NCBI GenBank assembly: GCA_965207115.1
Contig: CBDBLR010000003.1
Location: 649,379-713,378, forward strand
Direction of reading: 5' to 3'
DNA from: Dehalococcoidia bacterium
GTDB lineage: Bacteria > Chloroflexota > Dehalococcoidia > UBA6926
DNA length: 64,000 nt
The position numbers and the translations under genes were made by a program. Shown piece after piece: positions 59,173 through 64,000 of this stretch (its first letter is position 1; every line of letters begins with the position of its first letter). The notes beneath the pieces were generated by a model. It searched no databases, was not told the DNA's origin, and saw only the letters and a list, made by a program, of their open reading frames with translations.

Positions 59173-60156
59173 TTATCCGCCCTCAATCCCAAAAAGCCGC
59201 GCCGCGTTGCCGCCGAGGATGGCGGCACGATCGTCTTCGGGCAGATCAAGCTCCGTCACGTCGGCCTTCATCGGCGGAATCGTCGTGTAGGGGTAGTCCG
59301 TGCCGAACATGATCATGTCATTGCCCATGAGTTCACGGGCGAACATTATCGCCGGCCTGAGTCGCGAAACGGTGTCAATGTGGACGCGCTTGAAATACTC
59401 CCAGGGGCCCTTGTCGTTCTCGCCCCAGTGACCGGCGCGCGGGCCGCCCGTGCGATTCAGTCTTCCCATGAGGAAGGGCAGGGTGCTGCCGAGGTGGCAG
59501 AGGACGAACTCCAGGTTCGGGTACTTCTCCATGACGCCGCTGAGGATGATGCGCATCATGGCGGCGGATGAGTCAAAGAGGAATCCCATGTTGACGGCCA
59601 TCGTCCAACCCTCAAGGTGTTTTGCCATCACAGGCCAGCTTGGATGGATCATCATTACGACGCCGAGTTCTTCCGCCCTCTCGTAGATGGGCCACAAGTC
59701 CGGCTCATGCAGCTGTTTGCCCGCCACATTTGAAGTCAGCATCATGCTGCGCAGGCCGAGTTCATTAACGGCTCGATCCAGCTCTTTCACCGCCGCGTCC
59801 GGGTCCAACAGCGGCAGCGTTCCCATTCCCAGGAATCGATCAGGGTTGTCCTTCTGGATCTTCGCGATGCCCTCATTAGCTGCCGCGGCAAGCTCCACAT
59901 TAAGTACCGGGTCGTCAGCAACCTCGCCCGCGGGAACGATACAGCTCATTACGTGCATGTCCACGCCCGCCTCATCCATGTCGTTGACGCGCGTCTCCAA
60001 CCTGAACATACCGGCGGGCATCGTATAGGAGTCCATGTCGCTGACGTGGAAGATGATGTCGTCGCCGCTGCGTTCCATATACGGAAAAGTGTTGCGATTC
60101 AGCAGCAGGTCAATGTACTCAGGAACGGCGAAATGATTGTGTGTATCGATGTGCAT
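59173..60156 (-). CDS. amidohydrolase-2 (ACMSD-like metal-dependent hydrolase/decarboxylase) family protein
   Basis: MHIDTHNHF N-terminal HxH metal-binding motif and TIM-barrel amidohydrolase pattern; start at the internal Met to leave a divergent promoter region before pyrE. Confidence 0.6.
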   Translation of the reverse strand: MHIDTHNHFAVPEYIDLLLNRNTFPYMERSGDDIIFHVSDMDSYTMPAGMFRLETRVNDMDEAGVDMHVMSCIVPAGEVADDPVLNVELAAAANEGIAKIQKDNPDRFLGMGTLPLLDPDAAVKELDRAVNELGLRSMMLTSNVAGKQLHEPDLWPIYERAEELGVVMMIHPSWPVMAKHLEGWTMAVNMGFLFDSSAAMMRIILSGVMEKYPNLEFVLCHLGSTLPFLMGRLNRTGGPRAGHWGENDKGPWEYFKRVHIDTVSRLRPAIMFARELMGNDMIMFGTDYPYTTIPPMKADVTELDLPEDDRAAILGGNAARLFGIEGG

Positions 60157-60309
60157 AAGCGGAAACTCCAGACTCCCCCAATTGCGGCCGGTTGATCCGT
60201 CGTTATTGTAGCGTCTGGGCTCATTCGGGCGTGGCTTGGCGAATCTAGTACCATTAAGGACGCGCTGATAGCGCATTTTGGATATGCAGCGCGGAAAGGA
60301 GACCCGCAC

Positions 60310-60867
60310 GTGGCGACTTTGAGCCGGTCAATTGGCCTGTCGCGTGAACAGCGCATTACGGAGCTTGGGCGTGATCTGCTCAGCGCCGCCTACCTGCGTG
60401 GCAGCTTTGTTCTCCGCTCCGGCCGCACCAGTAATTACTATTTCGACAAGTACCTCTTTGAGACCAAGCCCAGCATCCTGCGCCGTTTGGCCGCGTTCAT
60501 GGCGGAGCTTGTACCTCCAGGGACAGATCGTATCGCGGGCCCGGAGCTCGGCGCGGTGGCTCTCGCAACAGCCCTCTCCCTTGAGATGGGTCTGCCGTTC
60601 GTCATCGTCAAGAAGGAGCAGAAATCTTACGCGACGGGCAACGTAGTGGAAGGGGAACTATTCGCGGGCGAGCGCGTCCTGCTTGTGGAAGATGTCGTAA
60701 CGACGGGCAGCCAGGCAATTGAGGCGGGCATCGCCCTGCGCGCCGCCGGAGCTACGGTTTCCGATGTCCTTGTTGTCATCGATCGCGAGGAGGGGGCGCA
60801 GCAGATGCTCGCCGCCGCGGGCTACCAACTCCGCGCGCTGTTCAGGCGGCGCGACCTCGGTATCTAG
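60310..60867 (+). CDS. pyrE: orotate phosphoribosyltransferase
   Basis: LLVEDVVTTGSQAIEA PRPP-binding motif and SFVLRSGRTSNYYFD N-terminal region. Confidence 0.8.
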   Translation: MATLSRSIGLSREQRITELGRDLLSAAYLRGSFVLRSGRTSNYYFDKYLFETKPSILRRLAAFMAELVPPGTDRIAGPELGAVALATALSLEMGLPFVIVKKEQKSYATGNVVEGELFAGERVLLVEDVVTTGSQAIEAGIALRAAGATVSDVLVVIDREEGAQQMLAAAGYQLRALFRRRDLGI

Positions 60868-60897
60868 GATCAGCGCCCGGCGCGCTACAGTAGTGCA

Positions 60898-61389
60898 ATG
60901 AATGAATCGCATATTGTCGACCTTTTGAAGTCCACCGGCTGCCTTGTTGAGGGGCAGGTTGAGGGCACTGACGAGCAAGGCGGCTGGATTGCCGGAGCTA
61001 TGGAGCCGCTTGCGAATCCCACGGCCGTTTCTGAGCTGGCCGGATGCCTCTCGGAGGCACTGCCGCCCCCAGCGCCCGACCTTATTGCAGCGTGGCCGGG
61101 CCTGGATAACATCGTGCTCGCGTTCGCAATCGGCGTGCAGATGGACAAGCCCGTTGTGCTTCTGTCAGATGCAGAAGGACTTGTGACGGCGTCTGGCAAC
61201 GTTGAGGCGAATGAAAGTGTTGCTCTCGTTGGGGTGACACTGAGCGAGCGCGACGCCAATCTAGCGCGGGCATTTGTTGAGAACAAGGGCGGCAAGCTGG
61301 CCGTCTCAGCTTCACTGGTTGGGGTGGGGCAGGTCACAGGGGAGCTATCTCTTGTGACGGTTGAGGTGGGGGTTGATGGCAACGACTGA
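60898..61389 (+). CDS. hypothetical protein with degenerate phosphoribosyltransferase-like pattern
   Basis: VVLLSDAEGLVTASG in place of the PRPP-binding VLLVEDVVTTG; similar length and position to a PRTase domain but the key acidic residues are not conserved. Confidence 0.3.
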   Translation: MNESHIVDLLKSTGCLVEGQVEGTDEQGGWIAGAMEPLANPTAVSELAGCLSEALPPPAPDLIAAWPGLDNIVLAFAIGVQMDKPVVLLSDAEGLVTASGNVEANESVALVGVTLSERDANLARAFVENKGGKLAVSASLVGVGQVTGELSLVTVEVGVDGND

Positions 61390-62710
61390 GCAGGAAGTCA
61401 CGGCGGCATCAGCGGACGCGGCGGAGGAATCTGAGGCTGTAGTCGCCGAAATGCGTGCCGATCCCGGCCGCATCGCCGCCGACTTTGAAGTCCTCTCCGC
61501 CATAGGCGGTGAACCGGGCGGCGGCGTGTCTCGTATTCCGTTCTCTCGAGAGGAGCGTGACGCGCATGACCTTGTTGCAGGCTGGATGCGTGATCTCGGT
61601 CTGACCGTCCGAACTGACAGCTTCGGCAACACCTTTGGAACGCTTGCCGGGACCGACCCGACCCGGCCCGCCATCGGCTTCGGCTCGCATCTTGATTCAG
61701 TCCCGCACGGCGGACGATTCGACGGCGCGGTCGGGGTACTTGGCGCACTGGAAGTGATTCGCCTGTTCAATGAGACGGGCGTTCAGACAGCCCATCCACT
61801 CATGGTGGTTGCCTTTGCATCGGAAGAGGGCGCGCGATTCGGCGAGCCGTGCCTTGGCAGTAAGGCGGTCGCGGGTGTGCTGCAAGAGGCCGACCTTGAG
61901 CGACTGCGTGACGCGAACGGCACCACGCTCGCGCAGGCTATGCGCGCCCTGAGTTTTGATCCCTACGCTATGCCACAGGCTCGTTGGGCGCCCAATACCC
62001 TTGCCGCTTTTCTTGAGCTTCATATTGAACAGTCGCGGTCGCTGGATGAGGAGGATGAGCGCATCGGCCTGGTGGACGCCATTGCCGGAAACACGCGAAT
62101 ACGCATCGCGATCCGCGGGAGGCAGGACCACTCCGGCGGCACGCCGATGTCGCAACGGCAGGACGCGCTGGTTGCCGCCGCGGAGGTCATCGTTGCTGCT
62201 GAATCTATCGCCAACGAACCTCGCCGCCGCGCCACGGTTGCCACGGTCGGACGCCTGCATGTATTTCCGAACAGCATCACGACCATCCCCGGCGAGGTGG
62301 AATTCTATCTTGACGTGCGCGACGTAGACAGCGATCGGCAGCGCCTGACAACGCAGGATATCGTTACGCGGGCAGAGGAAACAGCTGCTCGGCGGGGTCT
62401 GCGCTGCGACTGGGAGGTTGTCTCCGATACGTCGCCCGTCGTGCTGCCCAAGTGGCTGCGCGATCTGACAACCGCTGCAGCCAAGCGCCTCGACGTGCCG
62501 CACCGCGTTACCACAAGCGGGGCGGGGCATGACGCCGGAATTCTCTCCCGCGGCATCCCTGCCGCCATGCTCTTCGTGCCGAGCCGCGACGGTCTCAGCC
62601 ACTGCCCCGAGGAGTGGACGAGCATGGAGGACATCGCTATCGGCGCGCAGGCGCTTGCGGAGAGCATCCGTGACATCGACACATTCCTGACGAAAGAGGT
62701 TGCTGAATGA
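61361..62710 (+). CDS. M20-family Zn-dependent hydrolase (N-carbamoyl-L-amino-acid / allantoate amidohydrolase-like)
   Basis: GSHLDSVPHGGRFDGAVGVLGALEV metal-binding region typical of AllC/HyuC-type M20 amidohydrolases. Confidence 0.7.
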   Translation: MRWGLMATTEQEVTAASADAAEESEAVVAEMRADPGRIAADFEVLSAIGGEPGGGVSRIPFSREERDAHDLVAGWMRDLGLTVRTDSFGNTFGTLAGTDPTRPAIGFGSHLDSVPHGGRFDGAVGVLGALEVIRLFNETGVQTAHPLMVVAFASEEGARFGEPCLGSKAVAGVLQEADLERLRDANGTTLAQAMRALSFDPYAMPQARWAPNTLAAFLELHIEQSRSLDEEDERIGLVDAIAGNTRIRIAIRGRQDHSGGTPMSQRQDALVAAAEVIVAAESIANEPRRRATVATVGRLHVFPNSITTIPGEVEFYLDVRDVDSDRQRLTTQDIVTRAEETAARRGLRCDWEVVSDTSPVVLPKWLRDLTTAAAKRLDVPHRVTTSGAGHDAGILSRGIPAAMLFVPSRDGLSHCPEEWTSMEDIAIGAQALAESIRDIDTFLTKEVAE

Positions 62711-63624
62711 CTTCCGAACTTCTAGACGCCAACGGGACGATTCCCGTTTTCGCGGGCACGCACGTCCCGCAACTGCGCCTACCGTCCAGCGTGCGGCTTG
62801 AGGTGATGCAGACGAACGGCCATCAAGCGCCCGCCGCAACGTTTGTCGAAACGGAGATCATTTCCAACGAGGAGATTGCGCCGGAACACTATCTGATGCG
62901 CGTGCGCTCCGAGGCTTTGGCGAACGGCGAGCCGGGTCAGTTCGGCGTTATCCGCCCCGGTTCAGCGACGGACGTCCACCCCATCCTGCCGCGTCCCATG
63001 GCGGTTTATCAGTATGACAAGGCTGCGGGAACCGCCGATTTCGTCTACCGCGTTGTGGGATACGGCACGGCTGCCATGGCTCAGCGCAGGGCGGGGGACA
63101 TCGTGGAGATTGTCGGCCCCGTCGGGCGGCCGTTCCCCATATCCGATACGACCAACGGAATCCTTATCGTTGGACGGGGCATCGGCGTGTGCTCGCTGAC
63201 GACGCTTATCGACGAGGCGAGCCGCCGCAACATTGAGATCTATGCTGTGTTCAGCGCCCGCAACAAGGACGTTGTGCTCGGCAAAGACATGATCAAGAAG
63301 GCCCGTGGGCATGCTCTCTATGTCGACGATTCTGATGGAAGCAGCGACGTTGGGAACGTGGAGCCGTGGATCAGCGAGATTATAGAATCCGGCCGCGCGC
63401 AGCAGGCCTACGTCTGTGGCTCCAATCGCTTGATTGAACTGACAACCAGGCTCGCCGCGCCCGCGGACGTTGAGGCCTACGTCTCCCTTGAGGCCCACAT
63501 GGCCTGCGGCCTCGGCTACTGCCACTCCTGCGCCACTGGGGCGTTTGGAGAGTCGGCGGAGTCGCCGCTGGTATGCCGCGACGGCCCCGTCTTTCGCTGT
63601 CACCCGGCAGGGGTTACTGTATAG
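62707..63624 (+). CDS. pyrK: dihydroorotate dehydrogenase electron-transfer subunit
   Basis: Ferredoxin-NADP-reductase-like FAD/NAD domains plus C-terminal 2Fe-2S cysteines CGLGYCHSCATG...CRDGPVF. Confidence 0.75.
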   Translation: MTSELLDANGTIPVFAGTHVPQLRLPSSVRLEVMQTNGHQAPAATFVETEIISNEEIAPEHYLMRVRSEALANGEPGQFGVIRPGSATDVHPILPRPMAVYQYDKAAGTADFVYRVVGYGTAAMAQRRAGDIVEIVGPVGRPFPISDTTNGILIVGRGIGVCSLTTLIDEASRRNIEIYAVFSARNKDVVLGKDMIKKARGHALYVDDSDGSSDVGNVEPWISEIIESGRAQQAYVCGSNRLIELTTRLAAPADVEAYVSLEAHMACGLGYCHSCATGAFGESAESPLVCRDGPVFRCHPAGVTV

Positions 63625-63627
63625 GCG

Positions 63628-64000
63628 ATGGCCGTACAGGACACTGAGACTGACAGCAGGCTAGGGGTTGCCCTCGGCGCCGGGCTGACCCTCAAGAACC
63701 CGGTCATGCCCGCATCCGGCTGTTTCGGGCCGGAGATGGGAACCTTGTTTGACCTTGGCCAACTCGGCGCGCTTGTCCCCAAGACGATTTTCTACGGTGA
63801 ACGCGCCGGCAATCCCGCCCCTCGCACCGCTGAATCGCCCGCTGGAATGCTCAACTCCATCGGCATACCGTCGCGCGGCGTCGAACATTTTCTCACCGAG
63901 CTACTGCCCGAATACACGAAGTACGACTCGCCCGTCATCGTGAGCATCGGCGGGTTGGGTATCGAGGAATACGACCGCCTTGCTGAGCGACTGAGCGGCG
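63628..64000 (+). CDS. pyrD: dihydroorotate dehydrogenase catalytic subunit (class 1B), 5' part only
   Basis: LKNPVMPASGCFG...LGALVPKT...NSIGIPS N-terminal motifs of PyrD; the gene continues beyond the window end. Confidence 0.75.
   Translation, partial: MAVQDTETDSRLGVALGAGLTLKNPVMPASGCFGPEMGTLFDLGQLGALVPKTIFYGERAGNPAPRTAESPAGMLNSIGIPSRGVEHFLTELLPEYTKYDSPVIVSIGGLGIEEYDRLAERLSG

Noticed and set aside
1-64000. CRISPR arrays, integrases, transposases, rRNA
   Set aside because: No short regularly spaced repeats, no tyrosine/serine recombinase or DDE transposase motifs, and no rRNA-like segments were seen on either strand

Overview
This 64-kb window is a high-GC bacterial chromosomal segment with no rRNA, CRISPR array, integrase or transposase visible. 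Taxonomy cannot be assigned from the sequence alone. Gene content is a mix of housekeeping and accessory genes: the secA 3' end, a YyaL-type thioredoxin protein, HIT and HAD hydrolases, pyrF, an endonuclease III-like glycosylase, HflK/HflC, a membrane Fe-S (CCG-domain) oxidoreductase divergent from etfBA, an EF-G paralogue, tgt, a heme o synthase-like prenyltransferase, archaeal-type FBP aldolase/phosphatase, rdgB, moaA/moaC, thyX, an ABC-2 exporter pair, pgi and a pyrE-pyrK-pyrD cluster. Accessory-looking content includes two toxin-antitoxin pairs (PIN/RHH and BrnT/BrnA), a PaREP1-like protein, a CysO-like sulfur carrier clustered with a NIL-domain protein and a ThrC-like PLP enzyme, and an isoprenoid island (hpnC-hpnD-hpnE squalene-synthesis genes, YjbQ, an ERG4/ERG24-type sterol-reductase homologue and an MpaB/DUF2236-like protein). 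It also includes a collagen-like Gly-X-Y repeat protein, a compact candidate biosynthetic locus (PfkB-like kinase, SAM methyltransferase, 1000-aa adenylation-PCP-thioester-reductase enzyme, B12-binding radical SAM enzyme), and a duplicated tRNA block (Val-Arg-Leu, twice) flanking a secreted Cys-rich protein. One tRNA-Leu anticodon differs between the two copies (TAG versus CAG). Five rho-independent-type terminators (three between gene pairs, two after single genes) and one intergenic tandem repeat are also called. All functional calls rest on motif and family recognition by eye, not on database searches.
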